Shown: in pieces, positions 25,711-39,556 of the stretch
How positions within the stretch are numbered: the first letter of the stretch is position 1
Layout of the letters: every line of letters begins with the position of its first letter
DNA from: Takakia lepidozioides
Taxonomy: Eukaryota; Plantae; Bryophyta
Direction of reading: 5' to 3'
NCBI GenBank assembly: GCA_030704615.1
Contig: CM060731.1
Coordinates: 28,520,001 to 28,584,000 of the forward strand
Length of the DNA stretch: 64,000 nucleotides
Translations under genes and position numbers: made by a program
Notes under the pieces: generated by a model
Told to the model about the DNA's origin: nothing
Seen by the model: the letters and a program-made list of their open reading frames with translations, nothing else
Database searches by the model: none

Positions 25711-27072
25711 AAAGAAGAAATGTCTCCCAGCGACACATCCCAAAACACGGGGGCTGGTGGCCGCTTCCAAGCGCCTTCCTTGGCCTCCGTATCATATCTA
25801 CATACTATAACTAAAATTAAAAAGCAAGGAAATTGAGTATTAAATAGTATTATAGCCACGTCACGAGTTTCCGCGCGGGCACGGGCCGGTCGCGCAGCGG
25901 GGGAAAAAGCTGTGAAACCGGGCCAAATTCTTGGGAGGCAAACAAGTGTGAGGAGGATGGTGTGGTCGATGAGCGTGGCGTGCAATGCTGCTGTGCTGAG
26001 CCGTTGCGTGGTGCCTGGATTGTTGCGTCGTGATTGCAACAGTGTTGCAGGCTGAATGGAGGTGGAAGATGTAGTGAGCGCAAGAGATTTCATGTTTTGA
26101 TTTAGAGAAAATGAGAGTGAGATCTTCGTTTACAGAGCTCACAAATCGAGGCAATCAACGACGTCTCCCCGTAATAATAATAAGTCTCAGAGAGGATCGT
26201 ACACAAGGGAGGGAGAGAGATTGAAGGGAGACATGTTTTCCACCAGTTCTGTGACAGTGCCTGGATCAGAGAAGTTGGCAGCAAGAGTGTGGAATGGTTA
26301 TGGCAGGTATTGATAGCTGGAGTACCTTCCGCAGTCTGAAGTCATGGAAATCTCTTGTGTGAGAGTTCTCAGGAAGAGGTAATCTTCGAAGAATTTCATT
26401 TCTTGTATGAGATGCTGGAGTTATGTCTGCTTGTCTGTGCTTGCTCTCCCTATTTTGTCCATGGTGGAACTGCTGTGCATCTCACCGATAACTGCCTAAT
26501 TTCAGCTATGATACTGACAATTGTCAAAATTGAGTACTGGAGACACTGAAAGAATAAAAAAGTAGGTTGGAAATCTCAATACCTCTCCAGATCCATTTAG
26601 TGTGCCCGCGCAATAGAAAGACAGCGATTTTTAGCTTTAGCGCGTGACTTTTTCTTGTCACATGCTTTGATGTTTAGTGAGTAGAACGATCCCTAAGGCG
26701 AGAGTGAGAGCTCCAAAATCTGCAGAGTCTTATAGCGTAGAAGTCAGGATTGGCCCCAACTTGTGGTCGATTGTACATGTAATGTGACCGATAATGGGGA
26801 TTGTCTGTGTTGTGAAAAGCATGAATGGTAACTTAACCGTGTAATTATTATCACACAAAGGGAATTGACCTCTTTCATATATCTGATATGTTGCTGATAG
26901 AACTAGATCCATTCTACAGTAGTCCTGATTACAAACAAAGTATCTGTAATTGTAGTAGTCAACTCAACTATTTATCATGCTGCTTGGCATATTTGTGAAT
27001 GCAGGGCTACTTTTTACTGTAACTTAATCTTCCTCATGAAGATACAGAGATAGTAACCAGACATCAACAGCA

Positions 27073-30000
27073 ATGGCGCATCTCTCAGACATCACAGAAG
27101 AAAGTCACGAGTCGGAGGATGATTCTTTCTTTCGGCAACCTTCAAGCATCTTAAGACCCTGGCCCCAGCAGGATCCCCACAATGTCCCTGTTTTGCGGCG
27201 TTCAGATTCGATGGATGGGCACTGGAGTCCATATCTGCGAGACCTGCATATGCTTAACTTGTCCTTTCTCTTCATTTTTCTGGCATATGGAGCTACGCAA
27301 AATCTGGAAACCAGTCTTCACATTGTGAGAATCACTTGCCTTCCTTTGTTTGTTTTTCCTATCACCAACAATTGAAGTAAGAACCTTTGCAGAGTTTGGT
27401 GTGAAGAGCAAGGTGATTGTAATGAAATGGTAGCTGCCTTCCATTTGCAAGTACTGCTCTTCCTCTTGAAGTCACCATCATCATGTCGTCCTCTCACAGC
27501 AATGTATGATTACCGTGGATGAACATAAACACGTTACAGAAGTGTACTATTGCAGCAACGAGATCAAGATTTTCAGCTGTGATAAATGAGGAACATTTAA
27601 CATGGGGCAAGGTAGAACAGCCGAAGAACTACTGCAGAGGAGAAGGAGACAAAAAGGAAAAAAGAAAGAAATGAAATGAAATGGTACTTTATAACGTCCG
27701 TGGAAAGCTCAAAGAGCTTATGGGACAATGGGAAGAAACAAGAGAGAGGAAACAAAACCAGAGCCAAAAATGAAAGAAGTTTATGACGTCTGAAGGAGGT
27801 TCAAAGGGCATAAGGAATGCCAGTAATCAACACAACCAACCTAGAGAGAGAGAGAGAAAGTAAGGAACTTTGTATCGTCCACAGAGGAAGGAGAGGAATG
27901 GAAGTAAAGTTAATTATGTCCATGGGAAGCTCAAAGACTTCATTGGAAAGAAAGAGACAGAAATTCTATACCCTCCGCAAAATGCTGCAAAGGCCCATGG
28001 AATAGGGTAGAACAAACCATGAACTACTTCAGAATACATCAACTGCCACATAAAGATGGAGTGTCTGCAACAGGTGGGCCACGAGGCACTTCAGAATCTT
28101 CAAAGAGAAATGAAATGGTACTCTATAACGTTTGTGGAATGCTCACAGAGCTTATGGGATGAGAAATGAAGTGAAGTGGTATTTCATAACGTCCGGGGAA
28201 AGCTCAAAGAGCTTATGGGACAAATTGGAAAAAACAAGAGAGAGGAAACAAAACCAGAGCCAAAAAACAGCCCAAAAGCAACTATTGCTCAAGGGATTGT
28301 CTAAGGGTCAAGGCCTCATGCAGGTAAGCTGCCAAGCATTTCTGATCCTCATAGTGGAAGACTTCATTGAGAGATGAGAAATGAATGAAATGAAATGGTG
28401 CTTTATAACGTCCGCGGAAAGCTCATAGACCTTATGGGAGAAAATGGAAGAAAACATGAGAGAAGAAACAAAACCAGAGCCAAAAATAAAAACTATTGCT
28501 CGAGTGATTGTCTAAGGGAAAGAAAGAAAGAAGCAACAGAGAGGGGATTGATTGCATCAAGGGAAGTCTGCTTCTGGGCATGATGTGCAAAGCAGATGAC
28601 AAAATGGTTACATTGTTCTGAGTATTAATTTTGAGGCCAGCACTGACATTGTATGGAAAGCTTGATTTGAAATTGCCTATTGCCACTGTGGCCTCTTTAT
28701 TTGAAGTGAAAGGTTGCTTCAGTTGCTTGAGGATACAGCTTTCTTGTTGTGCTGGGATTGTATGCCCAGTCACATTGTATGTAAGAATGTACTCATAAGA
28801 CTTTGTTTGCCATAGCCTTGTGGCCATAGACCCGCGCCCAGTTTGGACGAAAATATAGGGCATAGGCAGTACCTTTGTGAGGGGCTCACTCCAGTAGTGT
28901 GACAATTAGTTTGGGCTTTCCAGATATCCTATAGAAAGCTCTTCACACAAGCATCAATCTGCTCCGTGTGAGCAGCCCAAAAGTTAGACCCCCACAGGGC
29001 CTAGGCTTACCTCGAGATTTTGAAAGTTGGTTACATTACATGTAAGAGAGAGGGAGACGGAATGTACTCATAAGAGGTTTTTTCTGTAGCCATGTAAGAA
29101 TGTCCTCATGCCGGTCCCTGCGAATGTTGGCTTGCCATAGCCTTATGGCCCTAGACGTGGCTCCCAGTTTGGGCACAACAAGAGAGAGAGAAAGAATTAC
29201 TAATGCCATTCCCTGGGAACGTTGGCTTGCTATAGCCTTATGGCCATCAACAACACAGGAAACTAACCCGGAGGCTTTTGTGGGGTTCGCAGTGCACACC
29301 CACCAGGGTTTAGCTTATCCCCGCAGTCCAGCTGCAGGTATAAAATTATTTTCCTGCATCTGCCATTAAGGCACTGACAGAGGCACTTGTCCGCATGGAA
29401 ACTCAACAGCCCGGTTGCTGTGGTATTGATTTTTATAGCCCTGCGTTTGAGAGAGAGACCATGATTTGAGAACTCTTATATTGGTACTCTTTTTGCATGT
29501 GCATGTCCAGATTGATGGTCTTGGGTCCATATCCTTGGGCATATTGTATTTGTCCTTGACGATTTCATCGCTGGGGGCGCCATTTATGGTGATGTGGCTG
29601 GGCTCTAAGAATGCACTTTTATTGGGTCTCTCGGGCTACTGGACCTTTATTGTAGCGAATCTTTTCCCTTCCTGGTAAGCCTCAGGAGCTGAAGACCAAA
29701 ATTTAAGCTGTAAGATTGCAGTACCATATTCCATTTAACCTAGAGTTGAACTTCTGCTTGGTCAGGCAGACTGTCAAAGTTATGTCATTGGCAAACAAAA
29801 GAATTGGTGCTTATGGTCCATTGAAAGTGTGAGTGGATATAAAGGATACATTCTTTGATTTCATTGGCGGTAAAACTCTTTCGCTTCAGGGTAACTAGAA
29901 CAAATGATTTTTATTCTGTTTCTAGTGTTGAGTTTTAGGACAAGTGCAAAGTTCAGATGCAAATAAAGGGTCATAAACTGCTCTCAATCAAAGAAAGGCA

Positions 30001-33000
30001 TAACTTGGAGATTATTGCTGTCCGTGTGAGTGGCAGGTACACAATGATTCCTGCATCTGTTTTTCTTGGGTTTACAGCCTCAGTTCTTTGGGTTGCTGAG
30101 GTGATGTCTTTATCTCCTCTCTCATAGCCAAGGTGATGATAGTGTTGGTTCATCAAATTTTTGTGGTGTTTGTGTTTTGGGCAATATTTCTGGTTTTGGG
30201 AAGTGTGCATGCCTCAGATCAGATATGAAATGATCAGAAAAAGTTGAATTCACCTACAACCAGGCTCTGCAGAAGTACCTGGCAATTCAAGTTTCTACAA
30301 CTGACTGTGCCTAGAGCTTGTTTTCAGGTGATAGTTTACTACAGTCCAATTATGAGAGGCAATCTTTTTTTTGCATGACTCATTCTAGCTGCGTTGAAAG
30401 AAACAATCCGCAGTCTGGAATTGATAAGCCTGGTGTAACTCCCACTTTGAGATGTTGATCTCTGGGAATGGGATTCACAGGGCACATACCTGACATATGC
30501 AGCAAAAAGTCATGCAGCTGCATGCAACATATCAGAAGAAGCTGCAATTGGGACTTTCAATGGGAGGTTTTGGGGGGTATTTGCATCAAATCAGGTTCTG
30601 TACCTCATCCCTGGTTTGCAGTTTGCTGATCCAGTGTTAGAAGACCTTTCCCTTTTGGATGGAGGATCTCTTTGTATGGTTCTTAAGGGTGAACTAAGAG
30701 GCACGTCCACATTTTCTTTTGTTTGGTGATATTTGAAAGATCAAAGCGTTAAAGCAGGATAAACCTCGACAGACAGGAAATTCCTGGCCAATGAGAAGGA
30801 AACTCAGTAATATATCTGCTAAGTCTCGTCTTATGTACAATTAGTACAACTTTTTCTGGAAAATGATAAGAAAATTGAATCTGATATCTCAGGTGATAGG
30901 CAATCTTATATCGCTGGTCTTACTGCAGTATGGAAAGGTGCGTGAAACAAACAACAGATTTTTGCAGTATTCCTGCTGATAGATTCCAGCTTGGCAAAGG
31001 GAGTCATGTTGTTGTCAGGAGATGTGAGCTGTCTGAAGGAGACTAGCTAAAACCATTGCAGAGCCCTGTTATGGTTTCTCACACTCAAGTGAGTGTTTGG
31101 CTATGTAGGGAATGATCTTGATCAAAGAGGATATATGAACAGCCGATTTTGAAATATTCTTAACATGGTGTGTAATCAAAGGCAGCATCCTCCATGATAA
31201 GTGAGTGTTTTGCTGCTACTCGACCTCATTGGGTAGAAAAGACAAAAGAATGGCCTCCTCTATCCGATGTTGTCATTCCATTTTGTGCCAAGCTATGTTT
31301 TATCTCACTGAAGCATTTATGAACCTCCAGGCTTCATCTGCCAATCCAGGCGAAGCCTCTCCTGGCACCATGCAACTTTTCATGGCGTTTCTTGGGAGTA
31401 TGACACTGGGCACTGTTCTTGCCTGCTTTCTGCGACCGCATGGTCAGGGTTCAAACCCCCTCTTAAGAGAGGATTTGGGCCTCTCTCCTAGACAAAATCG
31501 TGAGTTTGTGAACAGGACATTTGCTCTGCTGTTTGAAAAGAAGATGCTGCTGCTCATATTGGTCTTGATCTACACGGGCTTGCAGCAGGCCTTTATCTGG
31601 TATGTGTATTGTGGTGTGTATTCTTTTCTGTGTCACCTGAACATCTGTGGGGGTGCTGTCTCGCTTTCCTGTGTTTGCAGGCACATGAACAAAACCTACT
31701 GTTTATACAGTCAATTGTATCTATACTTCACCACTCCTCTAGAGCAGTTCACTGTTTATTACTGCATCTCGATATGTGACTCATTGATCGTTCGTTCTCA
31801 TCAAGTCATCTATGTTAGAACAGGGGGGATTTCACCAAGGACATCATCACACCAGCCTTTGGTGTTGCTTGGGTTGGAGGTGTGATGGCTTTATATGGCG
31901 CTGCTGATGCAATAGTAAGTTTATTGTCCCCATAACCCTATCTAAGCTTGTAGAGTTACAGAAAAAAATTTCCGTCTCATCTCAATTCTGTTGTTGCATG
32001 GTGTAGGGGTTTTGACGAAGTCAACTTGAGAAGCCACATCCTGCATGCTCAGTTACCGAGTTACTGAGTTTGATTGTCCCTGTTACTCTTCAAGTTCAAG
32101 TTCTTTACTGGGGTCCATGATGGGCGGGATAGGGTTCATTGGTTGCAGGCCAATTTTCAGCAGGGCTCGGCTCAATTGCTATCATTACAGGTGCTGGTGC
32201 GGCTGCACAGGCCTTCGTGATAATTGTACTCTACTGTAGGCAGGAGTAAGTCTCAAGGCTGCCGTGGCCATACTGCAGAAATCTGGTTGTACGTAAAAAT
32301 GTATCCTATTTCCTGATGTATGCTTCAATGGCTCAAGCGCTGGCACCTACTGGCATTCCCTGTGAAAATATCATGTATAGTTCTGAAGCTAAGATTAATC
32401 AGCCGTGTTTTATTTCTCTAGTATTCTGTAATCCCTATTACTGAGATATATGTATATGTGCATAATGCAGGTACATGGAAGGATGGATTGATTACCTAAT
32501 ATTGGGGGGACTAGCAACTGCATGGGGTGTGGGTGATGCCACATTCAACACACAGATCAGTGCACTTCTGGGCATTCTTTATCCCAACGATACTGTGAGC
32601 ACCTGGGTACCCTAAACCCAGATTAATCCCATTCAACAGATTCTTTGGGTATGAAATGACAGAATATGCTGGATGGAAATTATGTAGGACTTCCTCCATA
32701 AGTTGAGGTTTCGCACTCATGTGAGAGTGATGAGCTTGTCCTTACTGTTTATTTGCAGGGAAAATTAAGATCTCGTTCATGACATTGGGTCTCTCATGTA
32801 GGCCTTATGTACTGTGACCTTTAATGTTGTTGCAATATGCTGTTCTTGTTGGGGGTGGGCGGGGACGAGTCGCTCATAACAAAAATCACGAAAAGCTTGG
32901 TGGGTCAGAGATTTGACCAAGCTAGTTCTGTAGGTCATTTAAACCTGGCGATTTGAATGAGCAACCTTGCCTTGACAACTGGTGGCACATGATCTGTAGA

Positions 33001-33297
33001 TCATGTGCTTATTTGCTTGGGACAGAAACCTGTGTTTGTGACTTGTGCCTACTGTAATGGTCCAGCTACTAATGTCATTTAGTCCTCACAGTTTATGTTG
33101 GGATGCCTGGACAGGAGGCTGCATTTGCTCAATGGAAGATTTGGCAGAGTATGGCAACTTCAGCTGCGTTCTTTGCAAGCCCACGAACTAACATAACAAC
33201 CGAGCTAATTTTTCTGCTGGGTGTTCTCTTGGTTTCTATGGTGGCGTTTCTGGTGGTCACATTGAGACCAGAAAGAATGCACTGGTCAAAATGGTGA
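27073..33297 (+). CDS. UNC93-like MFS membrane protein (plant UNC93-like protein 3 type), 10 coding exons
   Basis: Exons 27073-27324, 29511-29674, 30037-30100, 30481-30594, 30893-30937, 31331-31599, 31824-31914, 32133-32245, 32471-32594 and 33115-33297 join with GT-AG introns in consistent phase. Motifs: FLAYGATQNLETSL, ASVLWVAEGTYLT, YTGLQQAFIW, WGVGDATFNTQISALLG, EAAFAQWKIWQS. Confidence 0.92.
27670..28500. repeat. Locally duplicated ~100-bp unit (3-4 copies) in UNC93 intron 1
   Basis: AAATGAAATGGTAC..TATAACGTCCG.GGAAAGCTCAAAGAGCTTATGGGA..GAAACAAAACCAGAGCCAAAA at ~27675, 28110 (partial), 28170 and 28390. Confidence 0.8.
28788..29250 (-). mobile_element. 5'-truncated LINE 3' end plus extra 3'-tail fragments in UNC93 intron 1
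   Basis: The reverse complement of 28788-29035 matches ~1740-1993. Further tail pieces lie at 29063-29092, 29126-29175 and 29220-29250. Confidence 0.8.
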
Positions 33298-36200
33298 AAT
33301 TACAGGTTTCTTTTAATTCTGTGTAAATTTAATTCATTTAAGTGCAATGGACATGTTTCAGATCACCTTTTTAAATGCATCTGATTCAGTTCCCCAAGGT
33401 CAGTTACAAGAGCATTACTTGCTCATTGTTTAGAGGGTAGCCCTTGGCAAAATGGTGCACAACTAGAGAGAGCTTAGGATTAGAAGCTTGGACAGCCATG
33501 CCCGCAAACAGAGATGAAGTTGGATGAATTTTGAATACAATTAAGTTTAAATATCAGGTGACTGCTCAACTAAGCTGAAATGCAAGTCTGTGTCCGTGTA
33601 GTCTGCGACACAATGTCTCTTCAAAATAGAGCTATCTATCTTGAGTGATGATTCTTACCTCCAGGAGCAAAGAATGTGACAAGAAGGCCTCTGCTATAGC
33701 TCCCCTACTTGGATTACATCACTGGTGGATAGGAAACTGAAGTCCACACCAGAATTGAGCTGAGGAAGCCCATTGTAGTGAATCCTTCTGCATGTAAGTA
33801 AACAGAACCTCCTATGCTCATGCCGAAGGGCAACTAGATGGTATTCATGGACATTTCTTAGTTGCTTTCCCAGGTGTGGTTGTAGGCCCCTCAAATCAGG
33901 GCGAAGTAGGGCTCACCAGCTGTATACATTCCAGCAATCTCATGTTGGCTGTGAAAGACTAGTTCAAGGGAGGGAACTGACAACTGACACTACCACAACA
34001 CTCGTTTTTTGTGCTCGATGTCCACAATTACCGGATTTAGGCCTTTACGAGTCTTCAGGAGAATACTTTCAGGGCAAGAGACCATCATTTTGAACAATGG
34101 AGAGGGACAAGGTACATATTTTGAATGCGAAAGGACACATGCTCATGACAGGCACAAAACCTATTACCTACCCAGCATTCTGAGATAGTTGAACAGTGAG
34201 TGTCTGGACCTGAAGTTTAGAGGTGGGGCAGGTCCAATCTCAAACAGCTCCATATGTAGGCAATAGAAGTAAATCTGCACTTTATTTGGCAGTGACACTT
34301 TGGAAGTCCTAAGTAGCTCAGAAAGGGTTTTGCGAGTTAACCAGAGACAACTTTTAATCTGCTCAAGCATGACTGAAAGAAAGTAACCAAAAAAGTCTTC
34401 CAAATCCAGAGAGTATTAATGCAGATATTTCATAACAGTCACATCTATTGCCTTGTCATTGCCAATATACAAATCCATGATGTGAGTACTCATTCCCAGA
34501 CCACAAAATCATATCATGGTTGCCCTTTCATTACTGCTCCACACCATTCCATCCAACAAACAAAACTTCTATGAAACTCAAAGAGTGTTGTTGTCCCCTT
34601 TGGATAATTTCACCAACATCACAATAATGTGAGAGATGTAGAGAAGAGTTTGTCCCACGTTGTCTCAAAAGGACACTGACACTTAGCAGCCTAAAACTAT
34701 GTACAGGCAATATGACAAAACTCGGGTGGTCCGTAAGCCCTTAGGGCATGTAAGATTGTCTTGACACTGCCTTATCAACTTTGAATGTGTATTTTGGACT
34801 TGGTTTACCTGGGTGGGAACTGGTCACAATTACCTACTGAAATGGAACTCTGTAGATTGATCAAGGTGAAAAAAAATGAAGAAAATGACTGAAGAGAAAC
34901 TACAATTTGTCTCTTACCTGCGAATTATACTGTGGAAGCATTGGTTGCTAGTGACTCTCCTACCGCTAGTTTTGTGGTACACAATGCAAAAACTTGAATC
35001 CAAATTGCAGGCCTATTGGTGCAGAAACTCAAACAGCGGACTGGCGGCTCTCACTCCCATGCCGAATTGTGGGGAATGTGAACTCTTCTTGCACAGTGGT
35101 GGGAAAAGTGAAATCCACGGTTTCCTGAAAAGTGTCCTCAAGTGCCTGCAGACAGGATACTTGATCCTGTCAGACACACATAAAAACTGCAATGCAAGCC
35201 CCTGCTCCTACTATAGCTGACCCGGAAGCATAAACCTACTCACTCTCCAGCCTCTCCTCTCTCCCTATACCAGTTCACCATGAAAGTCTACCGAGGTCAA
35301 GATTCTGAAATCAAATAGGTTCAACACGGTTTTAGGATCTCATCCTAGTGTGTTCTGTAAGCCGTGTACTGGTTGTTTTAAGGATCAAGACTCATTAAGG
35401 GACAGGTCCATGAAGACCTAGTAAGACAACAAAACAGCCTAATTGAGAAATGGGAAGAGTGGCTGGACCTTGGGAGGCACAGAGGGAGCGAGAGAGCAAA
35501 TTGGCCTGCGGTTGCGTGCCAACAGTCCTCTAGACACAGGCGACACCATGGCATCTGTTGGGCTCTTGTACCTGTACACACCCACCCACATTAAGAAAAC
35601 GCACTTGACATGCCCAAATGAACGCACATTATTGAAGATTAGAATCATGGGACTGTGTGAGACCATACTTTTTCTTTACATCAAGTTTCGACTAGCCTTA
35701 TATCCTTTGAGCAGGTATACATGTACTCTTTCTTCTTTGTCATTGGTGTGTCTTTGAGCTACCTCCTCTCTTGAAATTCGAGTCAAAGTAAATACTGTTG
35801 AGTTCTAACAAAGTGTCATTCTTAGATGGACATGCTTGAAACTCTCGAACTGCGAGGCGCCTACATTCAGATAAATTGGTAGATGCAACAGAGAGCGAGG
35901 GAGAGGGGAGAGGAAAAGAGAGACGACGGGTTAAACTGAACGACAAGGCAGACAGACTAATAAGAATCTACGTAATCAGCAACGGAGGAGAATCAATCAG
36001 GGACAAAAGTAAGCCGTCAGGCAGGAACGGTACCTCTCTGGGTAGCCAAAAAGTGTCTTCGGAGGTACTTTGACAGGGGTTGGAGGTGGTCGCTTCCCTT
36101 CTTCTTTGTTTCTCTCCGCCAGGACAACAACCGGAGCCTGCATCATTTTCGCCTCGCCAATGTTTTGCTCTTTCACAGCAGGAAGGTGGGTCAAATCCTT

Positions 36201-36657
36201 AGAAACACCTGCAAAATTCTCTATGCCTGCCTTGTTCTCCATATGTGTGTACTCGAAAGAGTATCTGTCCCTACACTTCAAATGAGAGCTTCCTAAAAAA
36301 AATCCTTTACGATTTGGGAGGGACCTGCTTCATCAAGTTTGATCTCTTCCGCAGATCCACCAACACACAACCTGTCCCCCTCCCTCCGCGTCCAGGCAAA
36401 AAGCAACTTCTCCGGACTTCAAAATAGATGGGAGGAAAATGCAATATCAGTCCATCCGCAGGTCCAACACAGCGCTGTCACTCTCTTCCCACTCCCAGCA
36501 CGCAACTTCTCCAGAATTCCAAAATAGAAGGGATGAAGATCAATGTCAAGTGACAAGATATTTAACCTGTTTACTCTCTTCACTTCCAGCCACACACCTT
36601 CTCCAGACTGCACAATAGGTGCGAGGAAGATGCAATATCACTCCATACACCTCCAAT

Positions 36658-37151
36658 TATCACTTCGTATACCAAATGAGACGAATTAATTCTCCAGACT
36701 GCAAATGCGATCCTCCACAGCCTCCACAATAGATGTGAGAAGATGCAATATTACACAGAACACACCTCTAGTCAACAACTCGTCGTACGCCTCAATGTGA
36801 GACGATAGAAGCAAGAAGATGATTATCCGGACCTAAATCTGATGCTCAGAAGTCAGAATGCACGCCGCAGTCAGAGAAAGACAGTGCAGATCGGATGCAG
36901 CTCAATATCACTTAATATACCAAATGAGAGGAAATTAATTCTCCAGACTGCAAATGCGATCCTCCACAGCCTCCACAATAGATGTGAGAAGATGCAATAT
37001 TACACAAAACACACCTCTAGTCAACTCTTTTACGCCTCAATGAGAGACGATAGAAGCAAGAAGTTGATTATTCAGAACTTAAATCTGATGCTCAGACGTC
37101 AGAATGCAGGCCGCAGTCAGAGAAAGAACAGTGCAGATCGGATGCAGCTCA
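36658..37151. repeat. Tandem duplication of a ~247-bp unit, with more degenerate partial copies at 36410-36650
   Basis: ATACCAAATGAGA..AATTCTCCAGACTGCAAATGCGATCCTCCACAGCCTCCACAATAGATGTGAG...ACAGTGCAGATCGGATGCAGCTCAA occurs twice. Confidence 0.9.
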
Positions 37152-38257
37152 ACATCGATGCAGGGGAGAGATAGATGTAAGAGAGGAGCAGAATCCTGGA
37201 AGAGAGCAAGTGAACGTTGCCGCTTCAACGGCACCTCGACGTGTACCCTTCCCTATGGCCGCGCCCGCCACTCACTTTTATCCCATAGCGGATGAATGTC
37301 GTCAGCTTCGACACAATCCCGCCATCTGTGCTTGTCCTGGCTTCATCCACATCATCCCTACATCATGACAGCGTTCATCTGAAATGGATGAACGTCAGCG
37401 GTCCAAGTGACGCAGCCGCTACTGACTGGACTCGCGACGGAAGTCTCGTGGAAAGGATGGATGATATAAAAAATGGCAGATGTGTTATCGGCACGTGGCA
37501 CGAAAGCTTGGAAGACTGGTTCCTCGCTCCCTGGCTGCCGAGTGAAGGACGGCGGTGTGCTGCCGCCAGATCGTGCTTGCCAAGCAACGACTCACTCTCG
37601 GCTGCTTGGATTGCTGAAAGACCTGCCTTTGAAGGTGTAGCTTTCTGTTCGAGCATTGACTGGTTACGTGCTTGGACGGAGAATATTATTTTGGGGGTGC
37701 CGGTAGATCATGCCAGACTGTTTGAGGTCGAGTAGAAGGAGATGCAAGATTCTGACTTGTTCGTGAGCTTTCATCACATTTTACAAAGGCATTGAAGATT
37801 ATCTAGCTCGCCGTAGTTAGGCTGGATCACCAGTCCTCTAAAATTACTCGGAGGCTTTTAGAGCTCGTGGTCGCTGATGGGTACTTCTAACCCACCCCGC
37901 TTGGTGAGAAGGTGGTCTTGAGGAATACTGATCGTCAGAGATGTTGAGCCAGTGCTCCTCCTCGATTGAGGGATGAGGGTTGTGTGCTGGAACTTAAATC
38001 CACCATGCTTAATAATGAGATCTAAGACATGAGACCTTTGCAAGGATTTCCATGGATAACAACACGGGTCTTCGAGAACTGAGACCATTTGTTGCCGCAG
38101 CCGCCATTTCCCTCGAGATGAAGTCTACAGTGATTGAATCCTTTTAGTGCACGCAATTGTTTGGCCTGAATGAACAATTTGCCATCTACATGTCGATGTT
38201 TCCAATCCATGCAAAAAGAATGGACTAAAGAACTCATGTGATAAAGAGAAATGTGCA

Positions 38258-39556
38258 TCAAGTAGCTTGAGCTTCTTGGGATTTGCTCTGTGCTCCCGAA
38301 GACTTCTTCTTGAGCTTGGGCCGCCATTTTGGGGAAGTGACATAGGATGCCTGCAGGGATACCATTTTGCGTAGAACGGCCAGTAGTCTTTCCTCAATGA
38401 CACGACCCTCCACTTCTAAAACTGAGAGTGCACGGGCGACGGCCTCCATGGTGCTCACACAACCATCAAAGGGCTCCTTTCTGAGGATCGAATCTGCGTC
38501 TCCCATGCCATCTCCCTCCTTGTGCATGTCGTAAGACAGACACACTTGTGTAACAAAATTACCGAGGAGAGGCAGGCTGGCAGTCACCATCTCCTTCGCA
38601 TGCTCCCAAGTCCCATCCATGACCAGTAAGGTGATTTGTGCCGTATCTACCGCATACTCGTGTCTCTCCTCCAGAGGGCCTTCAATCATGGATCCGGAAC
38701 TTCGACTCATTTTAAGATGTTCACAGTGAACACAGCTTGACTCGTTGTATCCACCACCATTTGATGCTAAAGCCGATGTCAGCTTGTAGCATAACTCCCC
38801 AACCCCTTCTAGTCCGCAGTTTCGATCATGACCTAAAATACCACGGACACCGCTGCTGACATGCTTTCTCAACGACCCATTGACCGATGCATATTTGCTG
38901 CCACCAGTAACTACAGAGTTCCTGTCCTCTCTGTAACGCTCAACATAACAGTTGCCATTGTGGCTGCTCTCTGCAAAGCATCCAACTTTGTCTGGTTCAA
39001 CCTGGCTACCCATCGTATGTTCTTCACCTTGCAGAAAACGTTGGCACCCATCATGGAAGGTCGAAGTTTCCAGGCTCGTACCTGTACACACCTGGTGAAG
39101 TGACTTCGACGATGCATAACTGCATTCTCCATCAAGTTTTGTAGATCTGTCACAAAAACCGTCTGACTGCATGGAGCATAACCACTTCCCGATGTCTACA
39201 GCATCAGGCCCAGGAAACAGAAGCAGAGCTGCTTTATGTTTCTGCCGTGATCCTGCATCCGCACACACTTTGCCCCAATCCCCACGAAAAACATCCTGGA
39301 TAGCCGACACTCTCGAATGTGACTTGACCAGAGAAGCTATGATAGGAGAAGAACCAGGGTGCAAACGACGACCGACAATAACATGGCATCGATCTACGCA
39401 ACGGGCAAGAATAGGCACAGTAGCTAATTTCTGGCGTGTTTCATGTGGATGTTGCAAGATTATAATTTGCGTGTTGATGTGCAAGGGTGGTGAAGGAAGC
39501 ACATCGCAGAGGCAGACGGAGAGAGGCCGACTGCAGCCGGGGCACAGAGGTCTCAT
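38258..39556 (-). CDS. DTW-domain protein (tRNA-uridine aminocarboxypropyltransferase, TapT/DTWD2-like), single exon
   Basis: CPGCSRPLSVCLC, IILQHPHE, LLFPG, LLVMDGTWEHAKEM and LRKEP..CVSTMEAVARAL. The first in-frame ATG is at 39556. Confidence 0.92.
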   Translation of the reverse strand: MRPLCPGCSRPLSVCLCDVLPSPPLHINTQIIILQHPHETRQKLATVPILARCVDRCHVIVGRRLHPGSSPIIASLVKSHSRVSAIQDVFRGDWGKVCADAGSRQKHKAALLLFPGPDAVDIGKWLCSMQSDGFCDRSTKLDGECSYASSKSLHQVCTGTSLETSTFHDGCQRFLQGEEHTMGSQVEPDKVGCFAESSHNGNCYVERYREDRNSVVTGGSKYASVNGSLRKHVSSGVRGILGHDRNCGLEGVGELCYKLTSALASNGGGYNESSCVHCEHLKMSRSSGSMIEGPLEERHEYAVDTAQITLLVMDGTWEHAKEMVTASLPLLGNFVTQVCLSYDMHKEGDGMGDADSILRKEPFDGCVSTMEAVARALSVLEVEGRVIEERLLAVLRKMVSLQASYVTSPKWRPKLKKKSSGAQSKSQEAQAT

